A stretch of DNA of 37,274 nucleotides from a virus (IMGVR_UViG_3300050143_000080:1-37274); one strand, 5' to 3'. Numbered from the stretch's first letter, positions 14,260-24,539 are shown. Notes: generated by a model from the letters alone, not told the origin. Numbers and translations are program-made.

Positions 14260-16838
14260 TGGCAAAGTCCCTCGATGACGTCATGGCACAGATGCGGGGC
14301 TACGGCCTCGATGTGCCCCTGAGCGTCGACCTCAACAAAGCCTTTCACGGTTACCTGCGCTGGCGCCCCCAGTCAGAGATCAAGCACAAGAAAAGCGCTT
14401 GGGCCCGGCTCTACAGCTGGCGCAGCCCCACCACCCAGGTCGAATACATCACCGGCGCCTTTGGCTGGCGCGGTGAGACCTGGCACGTCGAGTCCTCCAG
14501 TGGCGACTGGTCACCCGCTGAGCGTGCCGCCGAACTGGAGGCCCGCAAGGCCGCTGCCAAAGCCGCTGAGGCTGAACGGGCCAAAGACGCTCAGGCCGCC
14601 GCAGCCAAAGCACAGACCATGTGGGACCGTGGCCTCGATGCTGACAAGACAGGCCAGCATGAGTACCTAGCCCGCAAAAAAGTGGGGGCCTTTGGGCTGC
14701 GCGTGGCCTTCAAGCGCCTGTTGGTGCCTCTGCGTGACACCTCGGGCAAGCTGCACGGGCTGCAGTACATCGATCCCGATGGCGCCAAAATTTTTGGCAC
14801 CGGCACCATCAAAGAAGGCCAATTCCACCTGATCGGTGATGTGCTGCCCGATGTGCCCATTGCCTTTGGCGAAGGCTATGCCACCTGTGCCACTGGCCAC
14901 ATGGCCACTGGCTGGCCCGTGGTCACCTGCTTTGACGCGGGCAACCTGGAGCCCGTGGTGGCCGCGTGGCGCAAGCTCTACCCGGACCACCAATTCGTCA
15001 TCCTGGCAGACGACGACCGGCACATCATCCAGCGCTTGGCTGATCGCCTGTTCAAGCTGGGCCTGAGCGTGCCAGTCTCTGAACTGAAGCCACCGGTGGA
15101 CAGAACCTGGGAGGTGCCCGAAGGCCCAACGGTGATCTGCAAAGCAGCCTGGAAGCCAGACAGCAACGGTGGCCCCATGCGCCTGGAGGGATCCATCAGC
15201 GTGAATGGCCAGCTGCAGATGCTCAAGCTGGAGAACGCTGGCATGGCCAAGGCTGCACTGGCAGCCAAGAAACACAAGGGCATGGTGCTGCCACCTGCCT
15301 TTGCCACGCCCCAGCACCCCGGCACCGACTGGAATGACCTGCATTGCGATGTGGGCCTGCAGGCCACGCGTGAGGCCTTGCTGAAGGCGTTTGAGGCACC
15401 ACCCCCGGCTGAAAAAAAGCGCGCGAACGGTGCCCCCGCTGGGGTGGCCATGGCGGCGCGGCTGGAGTCGCCTCAATCGGAGGGCATGACCTTCTTCGAG
15501 CGCTACACGCTGATCTACGGCACCACCACGGTGTGGGATGCGCACCAGCGTGAAATCATTCGGCTCGAAGCCCTCAAGGTGGCCTATGGCAAGTTGGTGG
15601 ACACCTGGCTGGCCTCTGACCAGCGCAACATGGTGCCGCAAAGCCATGTGGTGTTCGACCCCACCGGGCAAGCCAAGTTGCCCACGCACATCAACCTGTT
15701 TGATCGTCTGCCGCTTGATCCCAAGCGTGATGGCGTGTGCGATCGCATCGTGCAGCACATCTACAACCTGTGCGACGACCGCCACGAGTTGGCGCACTGG
15801 GTGATGTGCTGGCTAGCCTACCCACTCCAAAACCCTGGCGCCAAGATGCGCACCTCGTTGATCGTCTTCGGGCGCACTGAGGGCACGGGCAAGTCAAAGC
15901 TGTCTGACCTGGTGCGGCGCATCTACGGGCGTTATGCCCGCACGATCACCCAGCGCCAGATGGAATCGGAGTTCAACGGCTGGCAGTCCTCGATGCTGAT
16001 GTGCGTGGCTGAGGAAGTGGTTTCACGCGCTGACCGTGCCCAGCTGCAGGGCCTGATCCAGAACATGATCACGAACGAGACCATTCAGATCAACGAGAAA
16101 AACCTGCCTTTGCGCCAAGAGCGGAACAGCACCAACTTCATCTTCCACTCAAACGCTCAGGTGCCCATGCTCCTGAACGACACAGACCGACGGTTCACCG
16201 TCATCAAAGTCGAGCAAGAGCAGGGGCCAGCCTACTTCCAGGCGCTGGACGAAGAGTCAGACAACGGCGGTGTCGAAGCCTTCCTGCACTACCTGTTGAC
16301 CTATGACCTGGGCAGCTTCAACGAGCACACTCGGCCCATGGAGAACCCTGAGCGCCTGCAGCTGATCACGCTGGGCATGAGCCCAGACCGCCGCTTCATG
16401 GAGTTCTGGACCAAGGGCCACATCGATCTGCCGTTCTGCAGCGCTCCAGCTTGCGACCTGTACATGGCCTTCCAAGTCTGGTGCCGCTCCAACGGGGAGC
16501 GCTTCGTGCCCAACAGCACGGCCTTTGGCACTACGGCTGGGGAGGTTCTGCGCAAGCTGGGCGCACCTGAAAAAAAGAAGGTGCGCTGGGAGGGCTACAG
16601 CGCCAAAGCCATTGAAAGCGGGCCTGATGACGACGACATCACACAGACCTACCAGTCCATTGTCTATTTCGTCAGCCAGGCGGTGAAGGACAAGTGCCAG
16701 CCACCGGTCTCGGTCGTTACTGATGCACCGCCAGCGCCGCCGGAGAACTGCACAGAGCGTGAGGTCTACAACAAGGCCATCAAGATCTTCCAGCATGGGC
16801 TGTCGAAGCTGATCGGCTCCAACCGGAGGGCCTATTGA
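14259..16838 (+). CDS. TOPRIM primase - SF3-type helicase fusion
   Basis: LQYI..DG.K, EGYAT, DAGNL, ADDD, DWND; Walker A GRTEGTGKS, Walker B VAEE, NFIFHSN, DRRF. Confidence 0.92.
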   Translation: MAKSLDDVMAQMRGYGLDVPLSVDLNKAFHGYLRWRPQSEIKHKKSAWARLYSWRSPTTQVEYITGAFGWRGETWHVESSSGDWSPAERAAELEARKAAAKAAEAERAKDAQAAAAKAQTMWDRGLDADKTGQHEYLARKKVGAFGLRVAFKRLLVPLRDTSGKLHGLQYIDPDGAKIFGTGTIKEGQFHLIGDVLPDVPIAFGEGYATCATGHMATGWPVVTCFDAGNLEPVVAAWRKLYPDHQFVILADDDRHIIQRLADRLFKLGLSVPVSELKPPVDRTWEVPEGPTVICKAAWKPDSNGGPMRLEGSISVNGQLQMLKLENAGMAKAALAAKKHKGMVLPPAFATPQHPGTDWNDLHCDVGLQATREALLKAFEAPPPAEKKRANGAPAGVAMAARLESPQSEGMTFFERYTLIYGTTTVWDAHQREIIRLEALKVAYGKLVDTWLASDQRNMVPQSHVVFDPTGQAKLPTHINLFDRLPLDPKRDGVCDRIVQHIYNLCDDRHELAHWVMCWLAYPLQNPGAKMRTSLIVFGRTEGTGKSKLSDLVRRIYGRYARTITQRQMESEFNGWQSSMLMCVAEEVVSRADRAQLQGLIQNMITNETIQINEKNLPLRQERNSTNFIFHSNAQVPMLLNDTDRRFTVIKVEQEQGPAYFQALDEESDNGGVEAFLHYLLTYDLGSFNEHTRPMENPERLQLITLGMSPDRRFMEFWTKGHIDLPFCSAPACDLYMAFQVWCRSNGERFVPNSTAFGTTAGEVLRKLGAPEKKKVRWEGYSAKAIESGPDDDDITQTYQSIVYFVSQAVKDKCQPPVSVVTDAPPAPPENCTEREVYNKAIKIFQHGLSKLIGSNRRAY

Positions 16839-16858
16839 TGCGCGCGCTGAACACTGCC

Positions 16859-17146
16859 TGGGAAGGGCTGGGAATGGTTGTTCTGGATACCCTTCCCGCT
16901 GAAACCCGCATGGCTATTGGGTTTGCGTCGTTTGGGAAGGGTGGGAATAGTTATTCGCTGGCTATGTACGCGAGACACGCAGCGCACCACCTCACACATG
17001 CAAGTCAACGGGAAAAGAGCCCTTTGTTTTTTTGGGCTAAACCTTGCTTAAAAACTATTCCCACCCTTCCCAAAGCTCTAAAAGCCTTTATCCATCGGTG
17101 TTTTGCTGGGAAGGGTTGTTCAAAAAACTGTTCCCAACCCTTCCCA
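16859..17146. repeat. Nested inverted-repeat array, putative replication origin
   Basis: Six GGGAAGGG copies in alternating orientation; perfect 22-bp IR at 16931-16952 / 17053-17074; directly after the primase-helicase. Confidence 0.75.
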
Positions 17147-17160
17147 AAGGAGAACAAACC

Positions 17161-17961
17161 ATGCTGAACATCAGCGGTCGGGTCAAGATCGAAGATGTGG
17201 TGCGTGCCTTTGGTGCTGCTGAGTCCCAGCTGCCCTTTGCCATCGCCAAGACGCTGACCAAGACAGGCCAGCAGGTCAAGGCAGCCGAAGAGGCTGGCAT
17301 CGTCTCAGCCTTCCAGAACCCCACGCCCTACACACGCCGGGCTGTGTACCTGCAAGGGGCCACCAAGGCCCGCCTGCAGGCCCGTGTGTGGCTCAAGGAC
17401 GGCAACAGGCCAGAGCACTACCTGCTGCCTCAGATCGACGGTGGTGGCCGGCCCCTCAAGCGCTTCGAGCAACGGCTCAGGATGCTGGGTTTCATGGGCT
17501 CTGACCAGCGCGCTGTGCCAGGCAAGGCTGTGCAGCTCGATGCCTACGGCAACATGAGTCGGGGGCAGATCACCAAGATCCTCAGCCAGCTCAAGACGGC
17601 CGTGGTGCAGGGCGACTTCTCCAACGCCACCAACAGCAAGCGCTCACGGGCCAAGCGTGCCACCACGCAGTACTTCGTGAGCAAGGGCTCGGGCTCACAG
17701 CGCCACGGCCTGGCAGGGCGCAAGGCAGCAGGCTATGCCCAGCACCTGCCTGCTGGTGTCTGGGAGCGGCGTGTTCATGCCTGGGGTACATCGGTGCGGC
17801 CCGTGCTGCTGTTCGTGCGTGGTGCCACGTACGCCAAGCGCTTCGACTTCTTTGGCATCGCGCAAGACATCATCGATCGCCACCTCGTGGCCAATGCTCG
17901 GGTCACTGTGGCTGAGGCCATGCGTACCGCTCGCTTCAGTGTGCAAGGGGGACTGCTGTGA
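17161..17961 (+). CDS. Conserved phage protein upstream of terminase (possibly gpZ-like tail completion)
   Basis: AAGGAG RBS; QLPFAIAKTLT...F.NPTPYT...YL.PQI.GG.R..K motifs; basic composition. Confidence 0.7.
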   Translation: MLNISGRVKIEDVVRAFGAAESQLPFAIAKTLTKTGQQVKAAEEAGIVSAFQNPTPYTRRAVYLQGATKARLQARVWLKDGNRPEHYLLPQIDGGGRPLKRFEQRLRMLGFMGSDQRAVPGKAVQLDAYGNMSRGQITKILSQLKTAVVQGDFSNATNSKRSRAKRATTQYFVSKGSGSQRHGLAGRKAAGYAQHLPAGVWERRVHAWGTSVRPVLLFVRGATYAKRFDFFGIAQDIIDRHLVANARVTVAEAMRTARFSVQGGLL

Positions 17962-18061
17962 TGGTTGCGCACGATGGCAGTGCATCCCCTGCATTTGCAC
18001 CGTCGTGGTGCATCCTTAAAAGATCAATTTTTAACGATGGCGAGGCCTTAATTTTTTTCGC

Positions 18062-18104
18062 GGGTCCTTCTGGAGCACGGGCTACACGGGTAATTCGGGG
18101 CGCG
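18062..18104 (+). other. Putative cos packaging site (cosQ- and cosN-like)
   Basis: GGGTCCT (identical to lambda cosQ) at 18062-18068, then ACG-GGTAATTCGGGG-CGCG just upstream of terS. Confidence 0.65.
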
Positions 18105-18145
18105 TTCATTGTCCAGCTGGATGCGTCCTTAGGGGGTAAGTAAGC

Positions 18146-18613
18146 ATGCGGATCACGGGTCAGGAACAGGTTGCCGACGCTTTCGGCGTGGCGCCCAAGA
18201 CCATCGTCGAGTGGCAGGCCGAGGGCTTCCCGGTGGCTGAGCGCGGCGGCCCTGGCGTGCCCAGCCAGTATGAGTTGGCCGAGTGCATCAAGTGGCTGGT
18301 CAAGCGCGCGGTCGACAAGATCCAGGGCGAGAGCCCGCGTGACCGCCTGTTCCGCCTGCAGGCTGACCAGTTGGAGATGGACCTGGCTGTGAAGCGTGGC
18401 CAGCTGATTCCTGCCAATGCGGTCGAGCCCAAGCTGCGCGCCGCCATCGTGTCTGCCCGCGAGCAGTTCCTGGCTGAGCCGCCGCGGCTGTCCATGCTGA
18501 TCCAAGGGCGCGATCGCGCGGGTGCTGAGGACCTGATCTTTGAGGCCTTCGAGCGATTCCTGATAAAGCTCTCGCAGTGGCAGGCTGCTGATGACGACGA
18601 AGAGGGAGGCTGA
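18146..18613 (+). CDS. terS: Terminase small subunit (Nu1-like)
   Basis: N-terminal wHTH (QVADAFGV..KTI..W...G.P), Y.L...I.W, coiled coil; precedes terL. Confidence 0.92.
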   Translation: MRITGQEQVADAFGVAPKTIVEWQAEGFPVAERGGPGVPSQYELAECIKWLVKRAVDKIQGESPRDRLFRLQADQLEMDLAVKRGQLIPANAVEPKLRAAIVSAREQFLAEPPRLSMLIQGRDRAGAEDLIFEAFERFLIKLSQWQAADDDEEGG

Positions 18614-18615
18614 CC

Positions 18616-20826
18616 ATGAACGCCCGAGTGCCCACCGCCCCCGCTTTTGACGACAGCGCCGCCCAGGCCGCGCTGGGCGCCATGTTCGCCCGGGTGTGGG
18701 CCGACCTGGCGCCGCCGCCAGCGCTGGACATTGGCGAGTGGGCTGAGCGGTACCGGGAGCTCAGCAGCGAGGAAAGCGCCATCACGGGCCGCTACTCCCT
18801 GGACGTGACCCCAGCGCTGCGCGGCATCCTGGCTGCGTGCAGTGATCGCAAGGTGCGCAAGGTGGTGGTGCAAAAGAGCGCCCAGGTGGGCTACACCGCC
18901 GGGGTGGTGTGCAACGTGCTGGGCTATCACGTGCACTGGCGCCCCAGCCCTCAGATCGTGATGTTCCCGCGGGAGAAGTCCGGTACCGACTTTGAGAGCG
19001 AGAAGTTCACGCCCATGGTGCGGGCCACCAAAGTGCTGGCCGGGCGCATCCAGCTCAAGAGCCGAAGCCAAGGCAACAGCGCAACCCGCAAGCGCTACCC
19101 TGGCGGGTTTGTGAAGCTGGTGGCCTCGAACAGCCCCAGTGATGTGAAGTCGACCAGTGCCCGGGTGGGCATCGTTGAGGAACCTGACGACACCAGCAAG
19201 GACGTGCGAGGGCAGGGCAACTCGATCACGCTGCTGGGTGAGCGCACCAAGACCTATGCCCCCGGCGACTTCCAGCTGATCGGTGGTACGCCCACCGCCA
19301 AGGGTGCCAGCCAGATCGAGAAGGAGATGCGCACCACCGACCAGCGCCGCTTCATGGCTGCCTGCCACCACTGTGGCGAAGAACATGAGCCCAGCTGGGA
19401 CCACGTGACCATCCCCGAGGTCGACGACCAGCCTGAGCGTGAGATCTACGGCAAGTTCCGCTGGGAGGCCGCGTTCTACACCTGCCCCCACTGCGGTGGC
19501 CTGTGGACGGATGACGAACGCATCGAGAACATCAAGCGCGCCAGCAAACGGCCCGACAAGGGCTGGGTGCCCACGGCCAAGAGCGCCACACCGGGCTTCT
19601 ACCTGAACGAGTTGCTCAGCACCTTTGACGGCTCACGCGTGCCCATCCTGGCTGAGAAGTACTTGGTGGCCAAGCACGAGATGGATCGTGGTGAGCCAGA
19701 GAAGATGGTGGCCTTCCACAACTCCACACGCGGCTTGGCCTGGGAATACAAGGGCGAGCTGCCTGAGGAAGACGAACTGCGCGAGCGGGCCGAAGCCTAT
19801 GCCGAGTGGTCAGTGCCCGCCGGCGGGCTGGTGGCCGTGATGACGGTGGACGTCCAGCACGATCGCATTGCTGTCACCGTCTGGGTGATCGGCCGTGGTG
19901 AAGAGATGTGGCTGGCGTACTGGGGTGAGCACCACGGGCAGACCATCGTGCCGCACCAAGGTGCATGGCTTGAACTCGAGCAACTCATGGACCGCAAGGT
20001 GCGCCACGCCACCGGCTTTGCCATGCCCATGGCCGCCATCGGCATTGACTGCTCTGACGGCCAGACCTCTGATGCCTCCTATGCCTTCGTGCGCAAGCAT
20101 GATCGCGGTGTGGCCCGGCCCGTGCTGGCCCTCAAGGGTGCGTCTGATGCCGTGGGCAAGGTCGAGATCTGGACCACCCCCAAGGCCGTGGATCCAAACA
20201 AGCGCGCCACCAAGGCCACCCGCGCGGGTGTGAAGGTCAACATCGTGGGCGCGGCCAAGGCCAAGGACGCCATCCTGGGCTGGGCGCAAGAGGGCGGGCG
20301 CGTGCGCCTCCAGGGCATTGGCCCAGGCCGCATGCACTGGTACAAGGGCGTTCGCGACGACTTCTTCGAGCAGCTGCTGGGCGAGATGAAGATCCCCAGC
20401 CGCCACAACCCACGGGTGCGCGAGTGGACTGAGCGCACCGACCGCCGCAACGAGGCCCTCGATTGCACGGTCATGGCCCTCTACATCTCGCGCCACCTGC
20501 GCCTGCACCTGAAGAAGCCCAATGAATGGGCCGTGATCGAGAACCGCCTGCGCCAGCGCCAGCTGATGGACGATGAGCCGCTTGACGTCGAGTTCATCGA
20601 GGTGGCCGACCAGGCTGAATGCACGCCTGCCCAGCCTGGGCCTGAGCCCGTGCCCACCACGGATGACGACGAAGGGTCAGAGCAACCTCAGCCTACGGCA
20701 CAACCAGCGGCGGCGTCTGCTACCGCCACACCGCAACCCGCTGCCGAGCGCCCCCGGCCTGTGGCGCCCGTGCAACCTGCGCGGCGCAGTTCTCTTGCAA
20801 GTGACGACTGGAGCAACCGACTGTGA
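18616..20826 (+). CDS. terL: Terminase large subunit (lambda GpA family)
   Basis: KSAQVGYT Walker A, EEPD Walker B, GTPT, CxxC pairs, TVDVQ nuclease motif, RNEALDC. Confidence 0.96.
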   Translation: MNARVPTAPAFDDSAAQAALGAMFARVWADLAPPPALDIGEWAERYRELSSEESAITGRYSLDVTPALRGILAACSDRKVRKVVVQKSAQVGYTAGVVCNVLGYHVHWRPSPQIVMFPREKSGTDFESEKFTPMVRATKVLAGRIQLKSRSQGNSATRKRYPGGFVKLVASNSPSDVKSTSARVGIVEEPDDTSKDVRGQGNSITLLGERTKTYAPGDFQLIGGTPTAKGASQIEKEMRTTDQRRFMAACHHCGEEHEPSWDHVTIPEVDDQPEREIYGKFRWEAAFYTCPHCGGLWTDDERIENIKRASKRPDKGWVPTAKSATPGFYLNELLSTFDGSRVPILAEKYLVAKHEMDRGEPEKMVAFHNSTRGLAWEYKGELPEEDELRERAEAYAEWSVPAGGLVAVMTVDVQHDRIAVTVWVIGRGEEMWLAYWGEHHGQTIVPHQGAWLELEQLMDRKVRHATGFAMPMAAIGIDCSDGQTSDASYAFVRKHDRGVARPVLALKGASDAVGKVEIWTTPKAVDPNKRATKATRAGVKVNIVGAAKAKDAILGWAQEGGRVRLQGIGPGRMHWYKGVRDDFFEQLLGEMKIPSRHNPRVREWTERTDRRNEALDCTVMALYISRHLRLHLKKPNEWAVIENRLRQRQLMDDEPLDVEFIEVADQAECTPAQPGPEPVPTTDDDEGSEQPQPTAQPAAASATATPQPAAERPRPVAPVQPARRSSLASDDWSNRL

Positions 20827-21149
20827 GCAACGCCATGCCCAAGCCTGAGCAGCCGCTCAGCCCAGCCCGTGAGGCTGATGCAGTCATGGAGCTGGAGTCC
20901 ATCATCTGCGAGAGCCTGCAGCTCAGCGTGGGCCTGCCCACCACGGCAGCCAACGACCTGGCCATGAAGATGGTGCGGGTGATCCGCCTGCGGCATGGTG
21001 GGTCTGGGGTGTACATCCCAGCCACGAACAAGACCGAGCGTGACGCGGCCATTCGGGCCGAACTGCGCCCTGGCAATGCCGCTGAGGTGGCCACCAGGCA
21101 CGGCTTGTCGATCAGGGCGGTCTACAAAATCGCCAACCGGCGCGACTGA
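20823..21149 (+). CDS. Mor/C-family late transcription activator
   Basis: GG..VYIP, RD.AI, N..EVA.RHGLS.R.VYKI HTH. Confidence 0.85.
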   Translation: MSNAMPKPEQPLSPAREADAVMELESIICESLQLSVGLPTTAANDLAMKMVRVIRLRHGGSGVYIPATNKTERDAAIRAELRPGNAAEVATRHGLSIRAVYKIANRRD

Positions 21150-21188
21150 CGCCAGACCATGGCGAGAGGGTAGGGCGCCACACTTCCC

Positions 21189-21239
21189 TGCACGTTGTGC
21201 ACTTTCTTCCTAGAAAGTGCACAAACACATCGGGACACT
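21189..21239 (+). promoter_or_regulatory. Late promoter 1: 36-bp repeat with 13-bp-arm palindrome, then TCGGGA and a -10-like GACACT
   Basis: TTGTGCACTTTCT-TCCT-AGAAAGTGCACAA at 21195-21224; exact copy at 33580-33615. Confidence 0.75.
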
Positions 21240-21273
21240 GCGGAGGCATCAGCAACCAACGCACCTCCCGACC

Positions 21274-23391
21274 ATGTCACAAGCATCCTGGTTCAGCATT
21301 CGCCGCCGCACAGCCATTGCGGCTGCAGCCATCGGCATTGCTGCCGCCGCCTCTGCCGAGGTTTTCATTTATGGCGACATCGGCGAATCGTGGTGGGGTG
21401 AAACGGTAGCGGCTCGCACCTTCGTGGCCGAACTGGCCGCGCTCGACGTCGACCAGATGACCATTCGGGTCAACAGCCTGGGCGGCTCTGTGCAGGATGG
21501 CGTGGCCATCTACAACGCGATCAAGCGCCACAAGGCCACGGTGAACGTGGTGATCGACGCCATGGCGGCCTCGATCGCTTCGCTGATCTCGCTGGCCGGC
21601 GACACGGTTGAGATGGCCGACAACGCACTGATGATGATCCACGCCCCCTGGGGCGGTGTGGCCGGCAACGCCGTCGCCATGCGTGAAGCGGCCGACATGC
21701 TCGACCAGTACAGCGCTGCCATGGCCACAAGCTACGCGAGCAAGACTGGCAAAACCTCTGAAGAAGTGCTGGCCCTGTGGTTTGCCGATGGCAAAGACCA
21801 CTTCTTCACGGCCCAGGAAGCCCTGGACGCAGGCTTGATCGACTCCATCGGCACGGCCCAGCCTGTGCAGGCGGGCCTCATGTTGTCGCTGCCCTTGGCG
21901 CGCTTCAAGACCCCCCACGCGGCCCTGACCGCCTGGATGCAGAACCACACCAAGACACCCGAACCAACCCCGGCCGCACCTTTGGCCACCCCTGCGGCGC
22001 CCGCTGCAGTTCTCCCGGCGCCTGCCGCAACCCTGAACAAGGAACCCACCATGAAGACTCAAGAGCAGATCGCGGCCGAGCAGAAGGCCGCCGTTCAAGC
22101 CGCCCTGGCTGCCGATGCCACACGCCGCACCGAAGTGCGCGCCGTGCTGCTGCCTCTGCAAGCCCAAAGCCACATCAGCGCTGCTGTGACTGCGCTGTTG
22201 ACCACGGCTGAAGCGAGCCCCGACATGACCGTTGAACAGGTCAAGGCCCAGGCCCTGGACATCATGGCCAAGGGCGTGACGCCTGCCGCTGGTGGCTACG
22301 TGGCCACTGTGCAGACCGTCGAAGACGAAGCCGACAAGCAACGCCAAGGCGTGCAGGCCGCGCTGATGATCCGCGCCAACCTGGCCAAGAACGACGCAAC
22401 CAACCCCTACCGTGGCCACAGCCTGGTCGAGATCGCCCGCGCCAGCCTGGAACGCTCTGGCGTGAAGACCGGCCACATGGACAAGATGGCCCTGGTGGCT
22501 GCTGCCTTCACGCATGGCACCAGCGACTTCACCAAGCTGCTGGCCAACGTGGCCAACAAAGCCATGCTGCTGGGTTACGAAGAAGCCGGCGAGACCTTCC
22601 AGCAGTGGACCAGCAAGGGCACGCTGGCTGACTTCAAGGCCGCCAAGCGTGTGGACCTGAACACCTTCCCGTCGCTCGACAACGTGGTTGAGGGTGCCGA
22701 ATACAAATACGGCACCATCGGTGACCGTGGTGAGACCGTGCAGCTGGCCACCTACGGCAAGCTGTTCAGCATCACCCGTCAGGCCATCATCAACGACGAC
22801 CTGAACGCGATGGCCAAGGTGCCCCGCCTGATGGGCCGCGCTGCCATCCGCACGGTGGGCAACCTGGTGTATGCCGTGCTCACGGACAACCCCAACATGG
22901 AAGACGGCAACCCGCTGTTCGGCTCTGGTCGTGGCAACTTGGCCGCCGCTGGTTCGGCCATCTCCACTGCCTCTGTCGACGCTTTGCGCGTGCTGATGGC
23001 CACGCAGAAGGATGGCAAAGCGATCCTGAACCTGCGCATGGCTTACCTGCTGGTTCCAGTGGCCCTGGAAGGCACCGCCAATGTGGTTCGCAACAGCGAG
23101 TTCGAGGTGGGCGCGTCCAGCCGCAACAACACCACGCCCAACTCAGTGCGGAACACCTTTGAGGTGGTCTCTGACGCCCGCTTGGATGCCCCCTCGGCGG
23201 TGACCTGGTACGGCGCTGGCAGCCCTGCCACGACCGACACCATCGAGGTGAGCTACCTGGATGGCAACGAACAGCCCACGCTCGAAGAGCAAAACGGCTG
23301 GAACGTCGACGGCGTCGAGATGAAGGTGCGCCTGGACGCTGGCGTTCGCGCCCTGAGCTACCGCGCTCTGGCCAAGAACCCTGGCGCCTGA
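21274..23391 (+). CDS. ClpP-like prohead protease / major capsid protein fusion
   Basis: IYGDIG, RVNSLGGSV, AASIASLI, MMIHAPW; Pro/Ala linker; capsid motifs TSDF, TYGKLFSITRQAIINDD, KVRLD.G. Confidence 0.95.
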   Translation: MSQASWFSIRRRTAIAAAAIGIAAAASAEVFIYGDIGESWWGETVAARTFVAELAALDVDQMTIRVNSLGGSVQDGVAIYNAIKRHKATVNVVIDAMAASIASLISLAGDTVEMADNALMMIHAPWGGVAGNAVAMREAADMLDQYSAAMATSYASKTGKTSEEVLALWFADGKDHFFTAQEALDAGLIDSIGTAQPVQAGLMLSLPLARFKTPHAALTAWMQNHTKTPEPTPAAPLATPAAPAAVLPAPAATLNKEPTMKTQEQIAAEQKAAVQAALAADATRRTEVRAVLLPLQAQSHISAAVTALLTTAEASPDMTVEQVKAQALDIMAKGVTPAAGGYVATVQTVEDEADKQRQGVQAALMIRANLAKNDATNPYRGHSLVEIARASLERSGVKTGHMDKMALVAAAFTHGTSDFTKLLANVANKAMLLGYEEAGETFQQWTSKGTLADFKAAKRVDLNTFPSLDNVVEGAEYKYGTIGDRGETVQLATYGKLFSITRQAIINDDLNAMAKVPRLMGRAAIRTVGNLVYAVLTDNPNMEDGNPLFGSGRGNLAAAGSAISTASVDALRVLMATQKDGKAILNLRMAYLLVPVALEGTANVVRNSEFEVGASSRNNTTPNSVRNTFEVVSDARLDAPSAVTWYGAGSPATTDTIEVSYLDGNEQPTLEEQNGWNVDGVEMKVRLDAGVRALSYRALAKNPGA

Positions 23392-23401
23392 TCAACCCCC
23401 C

Positions 23402-23425
23402 TGAGTGCCTGAGCCCAGGCACTCA
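23402..23425 (+). other. Stem-loop after the capsid gene (no U-tract; possible mRNA stabiliser or attenuator)
   Basis: TGAGTGCCTG-AGCC-CAGGCACTCA, perfect 10-bp stem. Confidence 0.55.
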
Positions 23426-23452
23426 ACCCTGACTTCAGACAAGGAAGCTGAC

Positions 23453-23776
23453 ATGAACAACTTCAAAGCCGCCGGCGCCCACATGGACTACAAGCCCACG
23501 GTCGCCGTTCTCGCAAGCACCATGGTGCTGGTGGGTACCAAGGTGGGTGTAGCCATTGCCGACATCGCCGCCAACACCACGGGTGCTTTGCGCGTGACGG
23601 GTGTGGTGAACTACACCAAGAACACTGCCGATGTGGTCGCCCAAGGTGCTGCCCTGTACTGGGACAACACCAACAAACGCCTGACGACCACCTCTGCCGG
23701 CAACACCTATGCCGGTTACGCCTTCGCTGCCGCCACCGGCACCGACACCACCGTTGACATCAAGATCAACGACTGA
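23453..23776 (+). CDS. DUF2190-like capsid cement/decoration protein
   Basis: AAGGA RBS; GVA..DIAA...G.L...GV, G..LYWD motifs; follows capsid. Confidence 0.85.
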   Translation: MNNFKAAGAHMDYKPTVAVLASTMVLVGTKVGVAIADIAANTTGALRVTGVVNYTKNTADVVAQGAALYWDNTNKRLTTTSAGNTYAGYAFAAATGTDTTVDIKIND

Positions 23777-23790
23777 GCGAGCAGGGCCCC

Positions 23791-24102
23791 ATGACCATTG
23801 CAGCCATGACATCCGCAGGCCTCTCTATGGCCTACCGCACCCTCGGGGATGACGCCACCTTTGCACTGCCAGGGCAACCTGCAGTGCAGGTGCGTGTGAT
23901 CTACGCAGTGGACGGCACATCCGTGATGGATGGCATGGTGCAAAGCATTGGGCCCAGCTTGCGCATTCGTGCATCTGATGCACCCGCCGGCGTGCCTCGC
24001 CTCAGCCTGTTCGAAGTGGCCGGCCACACATGGAAGGCCAAGGAAGCTGGCTTGCCCATCAACGACCACAACGAGCTGCAAGTGCGACTGGGGCTGGCGT
24101 GA
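23791..24102 (+). CDS. Putative head-tail joining protein
   Basis: Size, position and beta-rich pattern. Confidence 0.65.
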   Translation: MTIAAMTSAGLSMAYRTLGDDATFALPGQPAVQVRVIYAVDGTSVMDGMVQSIGPSLRIRASDAPAGVPRLSLFEVAGHTWKAKEAGLPINDHNELQVRLGLA

Positions 24103-24539
24103 TGGCAGGCAGTGTGCATGAAGCCCTGGTGGCACGCGTGAAAGCTGTGCTGCTGGCCGCTGGTACCAATGCAGGCGCACGTGTGACGCGTGGCCGTGTG
24201 GACGCCCAGGCCCCGAACGAACTGCCAGCCATCAACGTGCGACGTGTGGGTGGTCAGTTCAATGCACACGCCAACACCCTGGACCACGCCATCCCTGAGT
24301 TCGAGCTGGATATGTATGTACAGGGCGACGACTGGGAAACCCTGGTCGACGCACTGCACATGCAAGCCCATGTTGCCCTGCTGGCTGATACACAGCTGGC
24401 CACGATGGTGCGCGGCCTGCGCTGCACCAAGACAGACATGCGCGGTGAGTCTGCTGACGAGACCACCGGCCTGCTTACCGCCACGTACCAGGCCCAGGCC
24501 TTGGTGCGCATCAATGACTTGACCAAGGCTGTCAGCTGA
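24102..24539 (+). CDS. Putative tail terminator protein
   Basis: TGATG coupling; V.RGR....ELPAINV motif; precedes the tail tube gene. Confidence 0.7.
   Translation: MAGSVHEALVARVKAVLLAAGTNAGARVTRGRVDAQAPNELPAINVRRVGGQFNAHANTLDHAIPEFELDMYVQGDDWETLVDALHMQAHVALLADTQLATMVRGLRCTKTDMRGESADETTGLLTATYQAQALVRINDLTKAVS

Noticed and set aside
16835-17167. 110-aa ORF after the primase-helicase
   Set aside because: Coincides with the inverted-repeat array and its residues track the repeats; likely non-coding, though not excluded
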